Positions 26,815 through 37,816 are shown, counted from the stretch's first letter. The stretch: DNA of 64,000 bases from an uncultured bacterium (GCA_943788675.1 CALSRE010000002.1:73371-137370), one strand, 5' to 3'. Notes: generated by a model not told the origin, from the sequence alone. Numbers and translations: made by a program.

Positions 26815-27366
26815 TTACTTCCATTTAATATTGCAGCCCGTTGATGGTTGCTGATCGAATGATACGCTTTTACCATTTAGTAGAGTTATCATAGCTTTTC
26901 TTAGATCTTTTGCAGAAGCATTAATATTATTCCTAGGAGAAGAATCGTCCATCCTCCCTCTATAAACCAACATATCATTATTATCATAAAGATAAAACTC
27001 AGGAGTGCATTCTGCTTGTAACTCTCTAGCAATCTCTTGTGTTTCATCCAATAAGTAAGGGAATGACAATTTAAGATTATGGAATAATGCTTTCATTTCA
27101 GCTGGTCCATCCTGCGGATAAGATATTATATCATTAGAACTAATAGCTACAAAATCTATTTTGTGACCAAAATCATTAGCCAGTTTTTTTATTTCGTCAT
27201 GATAATGAATCACGTAAGGACAATGATTGCATATAACCATTATTAATGAGGGTTTAGCGTTCATTAAAGTCGAAGAGGTATATAGTTTGTCGTCTAATGC
27301 ATTTTTAAGCTGAAAATCAGGCATTTTTGTACCTAGAGGCAACATTGTAGAATAAGTTAGTGCCAT
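26815..27366 (-). CDS. thioredoxin-fold, peroxiredoxin-like protein
   Basis: 183 aa. CNHCPYV (CxxC) lies after a beta-strand (SLIMVI), as in TlpA/AhpC-like redoxins. Confidence 0.7.
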   Translation of the reverse strand: MALTYSTMLPLGTKMPDFQLKNALDDKLYTSSTLMNAKPSLIMVICNHCPYVIHYHDEIKKLANDFGHKIDFVAISSNDIISYPQDGPAEMKALFHNLKLSFPYLLDETQEIARELQAECTPEFYLYDNNDMLVYRGRMDDSSPRNNINASAKDLRKAMITLLNGKSVSFDQQPSTGCNIKWK

Positions 27367-27377
27367 TAGATATACAC

Positions 27378-27644
27378 CTAAAAGGCTATGAAAAATGAAA
27401 TTAGCATTACATAAACTGACATTAGGACAAAAAGCACTGCTATTACATTAAAAATAAAATCTATTTTTGATTCCATAAATTCAAGCAGGCCTACAAAAAT
27501 ACTATAAGGGTTATGAATAGCCGATCTAGTAATTGGAGGGATTCGATTAAATAATCTAAAAGGTAGTCCAATTATAAAAATAGCAATGAGAATTGGAATA
27601 GTAAGAATGACATAGATAGTTTTTTTTATTAATGATAATATCAT
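27378..27644 (-). CDS. small membrane protein, unknown function
   Basis: 88 aa with two or three hydrophobic helices. Confidence 0.4.
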   Translation of the reverse strand: MILSLIKKTIYVILTIPILIAIFIIGLPFRLFNRIPPITRSAIHNPYSIFVGLLEFMESKIDFIFNVIAVLFVLMSVYVMLISFFIAF

Positions 27645-27665
27645 AGCTATTTCCTTTAAAAATTG

Positions 27666-27752
27666 CGGAGAGAGAGGGATTCGAACCCTCGATACCCTTA
27701 CGAGTATAACACCTTAGCAGGGTGCCGCTTTCAGCCACTCAGCCACCTCTCC
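27666..27752 (-). tRNA. tRNA-Ser (anticodon GCT)
   Basis: Manual fold, 87 nt: acceptor GGAGAGG/TCTCTCC, anticodon loop CTGCTAA, long variable arm (tatactcgtaagggtatc), T-arm GAGGG-TTCGAAT-CCCTC, discriminator G. Confidence 0.85.
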
Positions 27753-27781
27753 AAGCTATCAAATTTACACTAGGAATACTA

Positions 27782-28753
27782 TTAAGCCGACAGAAAAGAT
27801 ACAAGCTTATCTTTTAAAGAATTCAAGCCAGTATTTGAAACGGATGATATATCAATGAATTCTTCAGAAAAAGAACTCCATCGTTCATCTACATCTTCTG
27901 AGATAGTATCAATTTTCGTTCTGACAACAATTCTATCTTTATCAAGTAAATCTTTATTAAAATTTACAAGCTCATCCAATAATTGGTTATAAACCTCGTT
28001 TGGATTTTTTTCTTCTACGTCAATTAAAAAAAGTAAAATTTTATTACGTTCTATATGTTTTAAAAATTGATGACCCAAACCTTTCCCCTTGCTTGCTCCT
28101 TCGATTAATCCAGGAATGTCTGCCATAACAAAAGATTGATATTCGCCATATTTTACAATACCTAAATGAGGTTGTAAGGTAGTAAATGGATAGTCAGCAA
28201 TTTTAGGTTTTGCTGTAGTCATTACAGATAATAAAGTAGACTTCCCAGCATTAGGAAGACCAACTAGCCCAACGTCCGCTAATACTTTTAACTCTAATTC
28301 GATTGAAAGTTTTTGTCCTTTTACCCCTTCTTGAGCAAAACGTGGAGTTTGTTGCGTGGAAGATTTGAAATGAAAATTACCCTTACCTCCTATTCCGCCC
28401 TTACAAATAACATGAGACTCATCTTCTTTTACTAAATCTTTTATAATTGATTTTGACTCAATGCTCTTGATTATAGTACCGCATGGTACTTGAATGATTA
28501 GATCTTCACCAGACTTACCTGTACGTTTATTAGAACCGCCTGATTGTCCATTTTTTGCCTTATACATTCTTTTATAACGAATGTCTTGCAATGTATGAAG
28601 GTTGGTGTTTGTTTGAAATACGATATTGCCTCCGCGACCACCGTCGCCTCCACTAGGACCACCTTTATCGATATACTTTTCTCTGTGAAAAGCTACAGCG
28701 CCATTGCCACCGTTGCCAGCTTGCAACTCAATTTTTGCATAATCGATAAACAT
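27782..28753 (-). CDS. obg: GTPase Obg/CgtA
   Basis: 323 aa. Glycine-rich Obg fold (GNGGNGAVAFHREKY, GGDGGRGG). G-domain motifs GLPNAGKSTLL and DIPGLIEGAS. Confidence 0.9.
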   Translation of the reverse strand: MFIDYAKIELQAGNGGNGAVAFHREKYIDKGGPSGGDGGRGGNIVFQTNTNLHTLQDIRYKRMYKAKNGQSGGSNKRTGKSGEDLIIQVPCGTIIKSIESKSIIKDLVKEDESHVICKGGIGGKGNFHFKSSTQQTPRFAQEGVKGQKLSIELELKVLADVGLVGLPNAGKSTLLSVMTTAKPKIADYPFTTLQPHLGIVKYGEYQSFVMADIPGLIEGASKGKGLGHQFLKHIERNKILLFLIDVEEKNPNEVYNQLLDELVNFNKDLLDKDRIVVRTKIDTISEDVDERWSSFSEEFIDISSVSNTGLNSLKDKLVSFLSA

Positions 28754-28762
28754 AATAAAAAA

Positions 28763-30025
28763 TTAAAATTTGCTAATAATTTCATCACCAAATTCTGAGC
28801 ATTTTAGTAACGTGGCATTTTCCATTAAACGATGGAAATCGTAAGTTACTTTTTTATTAAAAATGGCTTTTTCAATACCAGATTCAATTAAATCGGCAGC
28901 CTCTGTCCAACCCAAATAGTTCAACATCATCGCTCCTGATAAAATTACAGATGAGGGGTTCACTTTATCTTGACCAGCATATTTTGGTGCTGTTCCGTGC
29001 GTAGCTTCAAAAATAGCATGTCCGGATTTATAATTGATATTTGCTCCAGGGGCAATCCCAATTCCTCCAACTGCAGCTGCAGCAGAATCAGATAAATAAT
29101 CTCCATTAAGATTCATTGTAGCAATAACATCGTACTCATCTGGTCTAAGAAGAATTTGTTGTAAAAATGCATCTGCTATAACATCTTTAATAATAATCTT
29201 TCCTTCTTCTAAAGCCTTGTTTTGAGCTGCATTAGCTGCTTCAGTGCCATTTTCTTCTTGAATTCTATCGTACTGTGCCCAAGTAAACACTCTATCAGAA
29301 TAATGCTCTTCTGCGTGTGCATAAGTCCATTTTTTAAAATACCCTTCAGTAAATTTCATAATATTACCCTTATGAACAATAGTAACTGATCTTCTATTGT
29401 TTTCAAGAGCATATTTTAAAGCAGCATCAAACAATCTAATTGAACCTTCTTTAGATATTGGTTTTAAACCAAATGAACTTGATTCTGGAAACCTAATCTT
29501 CTTAGCTTCCCCAAATTTTTCCATCAATTCAATAATTTGCTTAGATTGATCGCTACCATTTTCAAACTCAATACCCGCATAAACATCCTCAGTATTTTCT
29601 CTAAACAATACAAAATCTACCCTCTTAGGATCAAGAATGGCTGCAGGGGTGCCTTTAAACCATCTTACTGGACGAACACATGCATACAAATCTAACTCTT
29701 TTCTAAGAGCAACATTTAAAGATCTGATTCCTCCCCCAATTGGTGTTGTTAAGGGGCCTTTAATTCCAACTAAGTGAGATTTTAAAGTTTCTAATGTTTT
29801 TGCTGGAAGCCATTCTCCGCTATCTTTAAACGATTTTTCTCCACAAAGAACTTCTAACCATTCAATTTTTCTTGAACCGTTATATGCATGTTCAACAGCT
29901 GCATCAATAACTCTCTGAGATGCTGCCCAAATATCAGGACCAATTCCATCCCCTTCTATAAAAGGAATTATTGGGTTATCGGTTACAATAAGTTTATTAT
30001 CTTTAATTTGAATTTTATCTGCCAT
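28763..30025 (-). CDS. icd: NADP-dependent isocitrate dehydrogenase
   Basis: 420 aa. Motifs [29 protein letters not shown] and [12 protein letters not shown]. Confidence 0.9.
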   Translation of the reverse strand: MADKIQIKDNKLIVTDNPIIPFIEGDGIGPDIWAASQRVIDAAVEHAYNGSRKIEWLEVLCGEKSFKDSGEWLPAKTLETLKSHLVGIKGPLTTPIGGGIRSLNVALRKELDLYACVRPVRWFKGTPAAILDPKRVDFVLFRENTEDVYAGIEFENGSDQSKQIIELMEKFGEAKKIRFPESSSFGLKPISKEGSIRLFDAALKYALENNRRSVTIVHKGNIMKFTEGYFKKWTYAHAEEHYSDRVFTWAQYDRIQEENGTEAANAAQNKALEEGKIIIKDVIADAFLQQILLRPDEYDVIATMNLNGDYLSDSAAAAVGGIGIAPGANINYKSGHAIFEATHGTAPKYAGQDKVNPSSVILSGAMMLNYLGWTEAADLIESGIEKAIFNKKVTYDFHRLMENATLLKCSEFGDEIISKF

Positions 30026-30519
30026 TACTTTCCTTTAAATTTTTCTATTAATCTATCTTCAACGCTTTTTGGAACAAATTTAGATAAATCTGTTTTATAT
30101 TCAGCCAGCTCTCTAATAATGCTGGAATTTAAGTGCAGAAATCTTTCATTTGAAACCATTAAAATAGTTGATATTTCAGGATTGATTCCATGATTAACAT
30201 TTGCCATCTGAAACTCTAGCTCAAAATCACTCACATGCCTTAAACCGCGAATTATTGCAACTGCATCCTTACTATCCGCAAAATTAACAACTAAATTATT
30301 TGGGTTTGAATAGGCGGATACATTATCAAGATCGCTAGTACATTCTTCAATCATTTCTACTCTTTCTTTATGACTAAAAAGAGGATTTTTATGCTGGTTA
30401 TCTGAAACGCAAATATAGACCTCATCAAATAACCTAGATGCTCGTCTAGCTATATCTATGTGACCGTAATGAATTGGGTCGAAAGTTCCTGGATATATTA
30501 TTCTTTTCATACTTTCCAA
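30025..30519 (-). CDS. coaD: phosphopantetheine adenylyltransferase
   Basis: 164 aa. Motif [15 protein letters not shown] (T/HxGH) and the later ISSS-type segment (NSSIIREL). Confidence 0.9.
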   Translation of the reverse strand: MESMKRIIYPGTFDPIHYGHIDIARRASRLFDEVYICVSDNQHKNPLFSHKERVEMIEECTSDLDNVSAYSNPNNLVVNFADSKDAVAIIRGLRHVSDFELEFQMANVNHGINPEISTILMVSNERFLHLNSSIIRELAEYKTDLSKFVPKSVEDRLIEKFKGK

Positions 30520-31013
30520 TAAGCTAAATTTGTCTCCCCGAATTTAGCAATTTTATCGTATCCTTCAAGCGATTCCTTTGCTGAGCATTCAACCACAAGA
30601 AATCCACCTTTATTAATTTTTTTAAGTGCATTTTGAACAAAAAGATTCAAATTATATATATTGTATGGAGGATCTGCAAAAATTATATCATAGTTATCAC
30701 ATTTTTTAATAAAACGCTGAGCATCTCTTCTCAAAAAGGTAAAGTTATTGTAATCTAATTTTTTAGAATTTTCTATAATTTGATTAAGATATTTTTTATT
30801 CATTTCTACAAAAGATACTTGTTGAGCACCTCTACTCGCAGCTTCAAAGCCAATCATACCTGAACCTGAAAAAACATCTAAAAATGATTTGCTTTCTAGG
30901 GAGCAGATTGTATCAAAAACACTTTTTCTGCAGATAGCTGTGGTTGGTCTAAAATGGGAATTCTTTTGGATATTTAAAGAAGTATTTTTGAAAACTCCTG
31001 AATTAATCTTCAT
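30507..31013 (-). CDS. rsmD: 16S rRNA (guanine966-N2)-methyltransferase
   Basis: 168 aa. SAM motif LDVFSGSGMIGFEAASRGA and the catalytic FADPPY. Confidence 0.85.
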   Translation of the reverse strand: MKINSGVFKNTSLNIQKNSHFRPTTAICRKSVFDTICSLESKSFLDVFSGSGMIGFEAASRGAQQVSFVEMNKKYLNQIIENSKKLDYNNFTFLRRDAQRFIKKCDNYDIIFADPPYNIYNLNLFVQNALKKINKGGFLVVECSAKESLEGYDKIAKFGETNLAYWKV

Positions 31014-32446
31014 GATTCAATAATAGTAACATATAAATGTAAGCTTTCTTCTTTACTAAAACTTACCTTTTTAACGAACATATTATTAAAACTTTCAATC
31101 TCATTAACAATATCTAGAATACTATCACTCTTTTCAAACCTAAGTACAAGATTTATAGCATTTTTATTGTCAAACTTTGAATTAAATACTTTGAATTTTA
31201 AGTTACTATCTATTTCAAATAATTTGATTAACAGTTCACCATAACTTGCACTAGTATTGCTTTTAGTTACAGTAAACGAATTATTATCAAATTCAATTTT
31301 TTGTTCATTCACATTGAAAACATTATCAGAAACAACAAAACTATTTAATTGACTATCACTATTCATTGCAATCTTTAATTTATTTACAACTCCATAAGAA
31401 GCTCTTAATGCGACTTCTCTTGGTGTTAGGTTTTTTTCAACTTCTTTAACTTTTTCAACTCCAATCTCTTGCTCTGTATCTAAAAATTTATATTCTGAAA
31501 AGAAAGAAATTATAAGAGTTAAAAATAGAATTGAAATTATACCAGAAGAAAAATTTCTAATGAGATTTTGATAATCAAAATTATTATTTGATACATTAAA
31601 TGTTTTTTTAATGGAATGAATTTCTCCGCCAATGATCTGAGCTCTATTAGTATCTGCAAAATTCAATAATGGTACATCCTTTAATATAAAATTGTCTAAA
31701 TATTCAACTATCTTCAACCTATTGAAAAAAATAAATTTTAAATTACTTTTTTCTAACTCTCTAAGCTGTATTTTTGGAAGATCTAGTAAGCCTATAATTT
31801 TTTCAAAGCTTTTTTTTGTTCCGGAGAAATTGGCTTTAAAAAACATAAATCCTTTCTTGGTATCACCAAAAAATGTGAATTTCTTACCATTTTTAATCGT
31901 TGCAAATTGAGTAGACTTTAGCCCAGTAGTTACAACCGAAGAAAGAGGAATTAAATAATTAATATTCATTCCAAAATTGTTAAAGTTTAGCTTAATTTTT
32001 TCTCTTAAAAAATGATGGATAGCAATAGAATGATATACATTTTTAGGAAACTTTTTTTCCTCAGATATAAAATATAGATTATCTACAATCTTACCCCACT
32101 TCAAAGAAGCTTCCTTTTTAAGTTGTTCATCTATTGTTTTATATTTCTTTGACTTCATAACGACTGAATGACTTAAAAGACTATCATCAATTACAATAGA
32201 AGTTCTATGATTTGTTAAGGATACTTTTTCGCTAAGCTCATCTAAAGATCTTGCAATTACTGAATTAAGTTTTTTAGAATTATTTAGAACTTTTAATAAT
32301 GGAATATGGAATTTTACTTTATCAGCTAAAGCAAGACTCTGCTTATTTTTTGAATGATTGTAAACAGATAGTGAAGTATTATCTATTAAGAAGTAAAGCA
32401 ACCAACTAATTATCCCAACTTCTGGATCCATCAATAATATATCCAT
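31010..32446 (-). CDS. hypothetical protein: possible degenerate actin-fold (PilM/DUF3822-like) N-region, one TM helix, C-terminal domain
   Basis: 478 aa with a single internal hydrophobic helix, GIISILFLTLIISFF. No nucleotide-binding motifs are seen. The start is uncertain because of a 41-nt overlap upstream. The family idea rests on architecture and the rsmD neighbourhood only. Confidence 0.35.
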   Translation of the reverse strand: MDILLMDPEVGIISWLLYFLIDNTSLSVYNHSKNKQSLALADKVKFHIPLLKVLNNSKKLNSVIARSLDELSEKVSLTNHRTSIVIDDSLLSHSVVMKSKKYKTIDEQLKKEASLKWGKIVDNLYFISEEKKFPKNVYHSIAIHHFLREKIKLNFNNFGMNINYLIPLSSVVTTGLKSTQFATIKNGKKFTFFGDTKKGFMFFKANFSGTKKSFEKIIGLLDLPKIQLRELEKSNLKFIFFNRLKIVEYLDNFILKDVPLLNFADTNRAQIIGGEIHSIKKTFNVSNNNFDYQNLIRNFSSGIISILFLTLIISFFSEYKFLDTEQEIGVEKVKEVEKNLTPREVALRASYGVVNKLKIAMNSDSQLNSFVVSDNVFNVNEQKIEFDNNSFTVTKSNTSASYGELLIKLFEIDSNLKFKVFNSKFDNKNAINLVLRFEKSDSILDIVNEIESFNNMFVKKVSFSKEESLHLYVTIIES

Positions 32447-33203
32447 GACTTCTTGTTTTTAGTGCAAAAAAGCCATATCTATTGTCACGATAAGAACGAA
32501 TAGGGCTTGATACTCTTACAGAATTTCCTTCATCGTTGATTTCAATAATATATGGATCGCCAGTTAGTGGACAATAAAATTGGGTGTCATCAGGAAGAAA
32601 AGCAAAGTTGTAAGGACTAGTTTCTTTCCTAAAACTTCTATCAAAGTAAGATACTGTTTCAACTCTTTCAAATGTATTTTCAGTAACAACTCCCATAAAA
32701 AGCGGGTCTTGCTTTACATCAAAAAGATTTTTCTTTTGAACATAAACTGTATCTTCCATACCTGTTTCTTCTGACATCATTAATACTGTAACAGTTGTAT
32801 CAACTATTGTTTCTTTAGAAACTCTTCTTAAACCAAAAGTGGTATCATATTCAACATCAAATCCTTTAGGAACATCTACTAAGAAAGCTTCGCCATTTAA
32901 TTTCAAAGTTTGCTCTCCAAGGAATGTAGAGTCTGCCATCACTGAATCTCTAACAGCATTAACCAATGTTACTGCTTTTTTTCCATCAGGTTCATAGCTA
33001 CCAGTTAAAATATTATAGAAATTTTCTACATTATAAACGGTTTGCATTCGATAGCGACTTTCATTTTTATACATATCCTCTTCTTTCCAAATAAGACTAG
33101 GAATAAAAATAACAAGAAGTGTAAGAATAAAAACAAAGAAGGTTGTGACTTCAAGATAATCGTTAAAAAATTTTTGTTTTGCTTTATCCATTTTTGACTC
33201 CAC
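32406..33203 (-). CDS. hypothetical N-terminally anchored protein
   Basis: 265 aa. N-terminal helix TTFFVFILTLLVIFIPSLIW followed by a beta-rich soluble domain. No motif recognised. Confidence 0.4.
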   Translation of the reverse strand: MESKMDKAKQKFFNDYLEVTTFFVFILTLLVIFIPSLIWKEEDMYKNESRYRMQTVYNVENFYNILTGSYEPDGKKAVTLVNAVRDSVMADSTFLGEQTLKLNGEAFLVDVPKGFDVEYDTTFGLRRVSKETIVDTTVTVLMMSEETGMEDTVYVQKKNLFDVKQDPLFMGVVTENTFERVETVSYFDRSFRKETSPYNFAFLPDDTQFYCPLTGDPYIIEINDEGNSVRVSSPIRSYRDNRYGFFALKTRSHGYIIDGSRSWDN

Positions 33204-33237
33204 CGAATTTACAATAATTCATCGTTATAGCAATATA

Positions 33238-34317
33238 TTAATCCTCAAATCTTTGAAATTTAATTTCTTTATTTTTTTGAATTTTTAATAGTTTTTCTAT
33301 TGATTTTTTTTCATCTCTATTCATTTTCGAAGGAACGTCGATTTGAATCTTTACCAATTGATCCCCTCTTCTGGAACTTCCCATCATAGGGAAACCTTTA
33401 CCTTTTACTCTTAAAATTTGACCTGGTTGAATACCTGAAGGAACTTTAAGCTTCGCAGTACCATCTATAGTAGGAATATCAATTTTATCGCCAAAAACAG
33501 CTTGAGAATACCCTAATACAATTTGCAGCAAAACATCATTTCCATACCTAGAAAAATGTTCATGGTTCTCCTCTTCAAAGAACACATATAAATCTCCAGC
33601 TTTACCATTTAGGTCTTCGCTACCCTGACCATCTAAAGTCATATAATTGCCATCTTCAACTCCTGATGGAATTTTGATTTTCAACGTTTCTTCTACTGAA
33701 ATCATTCCATCTTTGTTGGCACCACTAGGAATACTTTTAGGTTGCTTTCCATATCCTTTGCATTGGGGACATATAGATGAAGATCTCATTTGCCCAAGAA
33801 AAGAATTTGTTACTTTAGTTACTTGACCTGCTCCTCCACACATTGAACATGTGATAAATGTTAATCCATCAGCAGGCTTCATTTTTTTAATTTTAATTTT
33901 CTTTTCACCGCCATTTACTATTTCTTTATAAGAAACATTGATTTTGACTTTTAGATCTGCTCCTGCTCTAGACCTAGCAGAGGCTCTTCCTCCTCCAAAG
34001 AAAGATTCAAAAGGATTATTTCCTCCAAAAATATCACCAAATTGATTAAAGATATCATCCATATTCATTGAATTAAAACCAGATTGTCCACCCATATTAT
34101 TATATGCCGAATGTCCAAACTGATCATACTGCCTCTTTTTGCTATCATCGCTCAAAACAGAATAAGCTTCAGCTGCTTCTTTAAATTTCTTTTCAGCTTC
34201 TTTATTGTCTGGATTTCTGTCTGGATGAAATTTCATAGCAATCTTACGATAAGCTCTTTTTATTTCATTAGCGCTAGCGGATTTGGATACACCCAATATG
34301 TCGTAAAAATCAGCCAT
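33238..34317 (-). CDS. dnaJ: molecular chaperone DnaJ (reduced zinc-finger region)
   Basis: 359 aa. J-domain DFYDILGV...HPDRNP and a G/F-rich linker. Only two CxxCxGxG motifs are present ([16 protein letters not shown]). Confidence 0.9.
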   Translation of the reverse strand: MADFYDILGVSKSASANEIKRAYRKIAMKFHPDRNPDNKEAEKKFKEAAEAYSVLSDDSKKRQYDQFGHSAYNNMGGQSGFNSMNMDDIFNQFGDIFGGNNPFESFFGGGRASARSRAGADLKVKINVSYKEIVNGGEKKIKIKKMKPADGLTFITCSMCGGAGQVTKVTNSFLGQMRSSSICPQCKGYGKQPKSIPSGANKDGMISVEETLKIKIPSGVEDGNYMTLDGQGSEDLNGKAGDLYVFFEEENHEHFSRYGNDVLLQIVLGYSQAVFGDKIDIPTIDGTAKLKVPSGIQPGQILRVKGKGFPMMGSSRRGDQLVKIQIDVPSKMNRDEKKSIEKLLKIQKNKEIKFQRFED

Positions 34318-34810
34318 GCTTGTTTACCACAACTTTTGCATGTCTAATAATTAAATCTTTATATTTATAGCCAGATTGATAAACTTCAACAATTGTATCA
34401 TCCTCAACCTTGGCATCATTTGTTGTTGTTAAAGCTTCATGTAGCTCAGGATCAAAACTTTCTCCTACTTCGCCAAAAGGTTTTACATGATTTGATTCTA
34501 ATTTTTTAAGGAAATCATCCCTTACTAAACCCAAAGCTTTTTTTGATTCTTCATCCTTGTAGGATTCAATTCCTCTAGAAATATTATCTAAAACTGATAA
34601 AAAGTCTAAAATGAAATTTTTACCCTCATATTTTAATAACGAAGAAACTTCAGCTTCTTTTCTTTTTCTAAAATTATCGAACTCAGCTTTCAAACGTAGC
34701 TGCTTATCTTCAAAACTTGCTATAGCAAGCTCTAAATCTTTCTTGGTAGGCTTCTTATTAGATGAGGCTTTTTTAGGAGCTTCTACCCCATTTTTATTTT
34801 TTTTATTCAT
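34310..34810 (-). CDS. grpE: nucleotide exchange factor GrpE
   Basis: 166 aa. Coiled-coil N-region [13 protein letters not shown] and a C-terminal beta-domain [23 protein letters not shown]. Confidence 0.9.
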   Translation of the reverse strand: MNKKNKNGVEAPKKASSNKKPTKKDLELAIASFEDKQLRLKAEFDNFRKRKEAEVSSLLKYEGKNFILDFLSVLDNISRGIESYKDEESKKALGLVRDDFLKKLESNHVKPFGEVGESFDPELHEALTTTNDAKVEDDTIVEVYQSGYKYKDLIIRHAKVVVNKHG

Positions 34811-35663
34811 TTAAATTTCTTTTCATTGATTGACTGGATGAATATAGGCCGATAAATATTGAAAATCCAATAATCCAAATCCATAAAAATTCATCCAACT
34901 TTACATTAACACCAAAATAAGAATTAAATCCTGTAAATAAATATTTAACAAAAATAAAAGCTAACAATCCGCCAAAAATTGAGTGCAAAAAACTTTCAAT
35001 ATAAAAAGGTACTTTTACAAAGAAACGAGAAGCGCCATTATACTTCAAAATATCTATAAAATCTTTTCTATTAGACATAGAAAGTTTAACTGTATTAGAG
35101 ATAATTTGAATTGATAGAAAAATAATAGCAATTACAAAAATAAGGAAAATAAAAATTGCAAGATTGATTCTATCTTCCACTTGATTTATATATTTTCCTC
35201 TGTATTCTATCTCATCTACAAAATCGATACTTTCAATAGAGAAAATTAACGAATCTACTTTTTCAAATTCAAAATCTTTTTCACTTAGAAAAACTTTAAT
35301 GGAAACTGGCAATGGGTTATATCCAAGCATTTCTACAACGTTTTCGCCAAACTCTTCTTCAAAAATCTTAGCAGATTCTTCCTTATCAATTAGCTTAATA
35401 TTGGATATGATTTCATCTGTACTTAGCTCCTTTATAAAAGATTCATATGAACTAGATTTCGTATCATTTTCTAGAAAAATTTCAAATGTGTACTTAGATC
35501 TAAAAAAATCAATTAAAGAATTAGTATTAAAACCAATTACAAATAGAAATCCTAATATTGAAAAGTTGATAAAAATAGTAATAATACATAAAAAACTAGC
35601 CAATTTATTTCTAAAAAAAATTTTAAAACCCTCTGAAATTAAAAATGCAAATTGATCAATCAT
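34803..35663 (-). CDS. ftsX: cell division ABC-type permease-like protein FtsX
   Basis: 286 aa. One TM helix, then a periplasmic domain, then three C-terminal TM helices. Overlaps ftsE. Confidence 0.8.
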   Translation of the reverse strand: MIDQFAFLISEGFKIFFRNKLASFLCIITIFINFSILGFLFVIGFNTNSLIDFFRSKYTFEIFLENDTKSSSYESFIKELSTDEIISNIKLIDKEESAKIFEEEFGENVVEMLGYNPLPVSIKVFLSEKDFEFEKVDSLIFSIESIDFVDEIEYRGKYINQVEDRINLAIFIFLIFVIAIIFLSIQIISNTVKLSMSNRKDFIDILKYNGASRFFVKVPFYIESFLHSIFGGLLAFIFVKYLFTGFNSYFGVNVKLDEFLWIWIIGFSIFIGLYSSSQSMKRNLNE

Positions 35664-36313
35664 CCGCTAATCAACCTTCCGTTCTTTAACTCAATTATGC
35701 GATAATCTTTCTCAGCTATTAATTTATAGTTGTGAGTTGCCATAACCACAGAAGTACCCTCTTTATTTATCTGTTCTAGAATTTTTAAAATCTTATGAGC
35801 TGCTGTAGGATCGAGATTTCCAGTTGGTTCATCTGCTAAGATTATCTCTGGATTTTTTACAATAGCTCTTGCGATACATACTCTTTGTTGCTCTCCGCCA
35901 GATAATTGAAAAGGGTATTTGCCCTGAAAATCATTAAGGTCAGTCAATTTAAGTGCTTCGCTAACATTTTCTTTAATTTTCTTTCTTCCTATTCCATTTA
36001 TGTGCAAAGGAAGGGCAATGTTTTCGTAAACAGTTCTTTGTTGAAGAAGCTTATAGTCTTGAAAAATTACTCCGATTTTTTTTCTTAATTTATGTACGTT
36101 TTTTTTCTTTGTTTTTTTTGAATTAAATCCGAGTATATCAATCTCTCCTTTAGAAGGAATAATATCAAAGTACATTAATTTTAATAAGCTAGTTTTACCT
36201 GAGCCTGTAGGCCCTACAAGAAAACAAAACTCATTTTCATTAATACTTAAATCAATATTATAAACACCAGATTGTTTAGAGTAGTTAAATGAGATGTTGT
36301 TAAACTCAACCAT
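35660..36313 (-). CDS. ftsE: cell division ATP-binding protein FtsE
   Basis: 217 aa. Walker A GPTGSGKTSLL, signature LSGGEQQR, Walker B ILADEPTGNLD. Confidence 0.9.
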   Translation of the reverse strand: MVEFNNISFNYSKQSGVYNIDLSINENEFCFLVGPTGSGKTSLLKLMYFDIIPSKGEIDILGFNSKKTKKKNVHKLRKKIGVIFQDYKLLQQRTVYENIALPLHINGIGRKKIKENVSEALKLTDLNDFQGKYPFQLSGGEQQRVCIARAIVKNPEIILADEPTGNLDPTAAHKILKILEQINKEGTSVVMATHNYKLIAEKDYRIIELKNGRLISG

Positions 36314-37235
36314 AAAACTGCAAATATAGGAAAGTTATATATCCAATAAACAGAAAAGCGGCTGTTATTTTATTTAAGCCATTATACAAGTAAATAAATA
36401 ACATTAAAGATAATAAAAAAACAACTCCAAGCAATAATTCAAAAATTACATTCGATGCTTGAACAGGAGTTAAAAGCGCTATTGTGGCGAGGACAAAGAG
36501 TATATTAAAAATATTAGAACCAATAATATTTCCCAATGAAATTCCCACCTCTTTCTTAGAAAGAGCCATCAATGTTACAAAAAGCTCTGGCAAAGATGTT
36601 CCGACAGCAACGACTGTCATTCCTATGGCTTTTTCAGAAAAACCAAAGACTTCGACAAGGGGAATTGCTCCATTATCCACAAACAACAATGAACCATAAT
36701 ACAGCATAACAGATCCAACAACAATTCTTCCAACTGCTTTTTTTAAACATAGCTCTTTTTCATTCTCAAGCTCTCCATCGCACGATGTGATATTTGGCCT
36801 CAAAAAACTTGCTATAATATACACAAAGAACACTAGGAGTAAAGCTTGTGCTTCTACAAAAGAAATTAAATTGTCTTGTAAAAAAATATACAACATAACA
36901 CATGCTAGTAAGTTGTATACAAATGGAGCTGTTGCCCCCTTCAAATTGAAGTCAATTTTATAAAAAAATGCAGGCAAACCGATAGCTAGTCCAATATTTG
37001 CTATATTTGAACCTAAAACATTTCCAACAACAAAATCTGTATACCCTTGAAAAGCGCTAATTAAACCTACCACAAGCTCAGGAAATGATGTTCCAATCGA
37101 TACAATAGTCAGCCCAATAACCAGATCTGAAACTTTAAATTTTTTTGCTAAAGCCTTTGCTCCATCTATCAGCCATTCGGATCCAAAATAGAGACCTAAT
37201 GAGCCTAATATTAAAAAAAATAAACTACTTAACAT
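36306..37235 (-). CDS. calcium/cation antiporter (CaCA family, YrbG-like)
   Basis: 309 aa. Two alpha-repeats, GNVLGSNIANIGL and GNIIGSNIFNILF. Confidence 0.85.
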   Translation of the reverse strand: MLSSLFFLILGSLGLYFGSEWLIDGAKALAKKFKVSDLVIGLTIVSIGTSFPELVVGLISAFQGYTDFVVGNVLGSNIANIGLAIGLPAFFYKIDFNLKGATAPFVYNLLACVMLYIFLQDNLISFVEAQALLLVFFVYIIASFLRPNITSCDGELENEKELCLKKAVGRIVVGSVMLYYGSLLFVDNGAIPLVEVFGFSEKAIGMTVVAVGTSLPELFVTLMALSKKEVGISLGNIIGSNIFNILFVLATIALLTPVQASNVIFELLLGVVFLLSLMLFIYLYNGLNKITAAFLFIGYITFLYLQFYG

Positions 37236-37816
37236 TAGTATAACCCATCTTTATTGATATAGTCCCAAACTTCTTTTGTTACCATATATCTAATTGTTTT
37301 TCCATCTCTCCATCTTGCTCTAATATTGGTTGAAGAAATTTCAAACTGAGGAATGTTTGCAAAATGGACTCTGTCTAGCACCCATTGTGGGATATTGCTT
37401 GGAGTAAAGCCAGGTCTAGTTGCGACTACTATATTACATAGATCTAGGATTTCTTTAGGCTCTTTCCAGTTATGAAAATCCATCAATGTATCACTTCCCA
37501 TCAAAAAATAAAGATCTTTTTTGTCAATATTTAATTCATCACGAAAATACTTGATTGAATCAATTGTATAACTAATATCTTCTTTTTTTATTTCAAAGTC
37601 TGATATTTCAAAATTATCATTATTTAAAAGTGCCATATTTAACATTTTAAGTCTTTTTTCTGGAGGTGAAATTTTTCTTCCTTGCTTTATAGGTGATAAA
37701 AAAGCAGGTAAAAAAATGAGTCTCTCGAAATTTTCTGATTCAATAATAGTTTGAGCTATTAAAAGATGGCCAATATGAGGTGGATCAAATGTTCCGCCAA
37801 ATATACATGTTTTCAT
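37235..37816 (-). CDS. nadD: nicotinate-nucleotide adenylyltransferase
   Basis: 193 aa. Motif GGTFDPPHIGH and the C-terminal ISSTNIR. Confidence 0.9.
   Translation of the reverse strand: MKTCIFGGTFDPPHIGHLLIAQTIIESENFERLIFLPAFLSPIKQGRKISPPEKRLKMLNMALLNNDNFEISDFEIKKEDISYTIDSIKYFRDELNIDKKDLYFLMGSDTLMDFHNWKEPKEILDLCNIVVATRPGFTPSNIPQWVLDRVHFANIPQFEISSTNIRARWRDGKTIRYMVTKEVWDYINKDGLY

Noticed and set aside
27556-27738. 60-aa minus-strand ORF
   Set aside because: It reads through the tRNA-Ser gene (27666-27752), and part of its translation comes from tRNA sequence.
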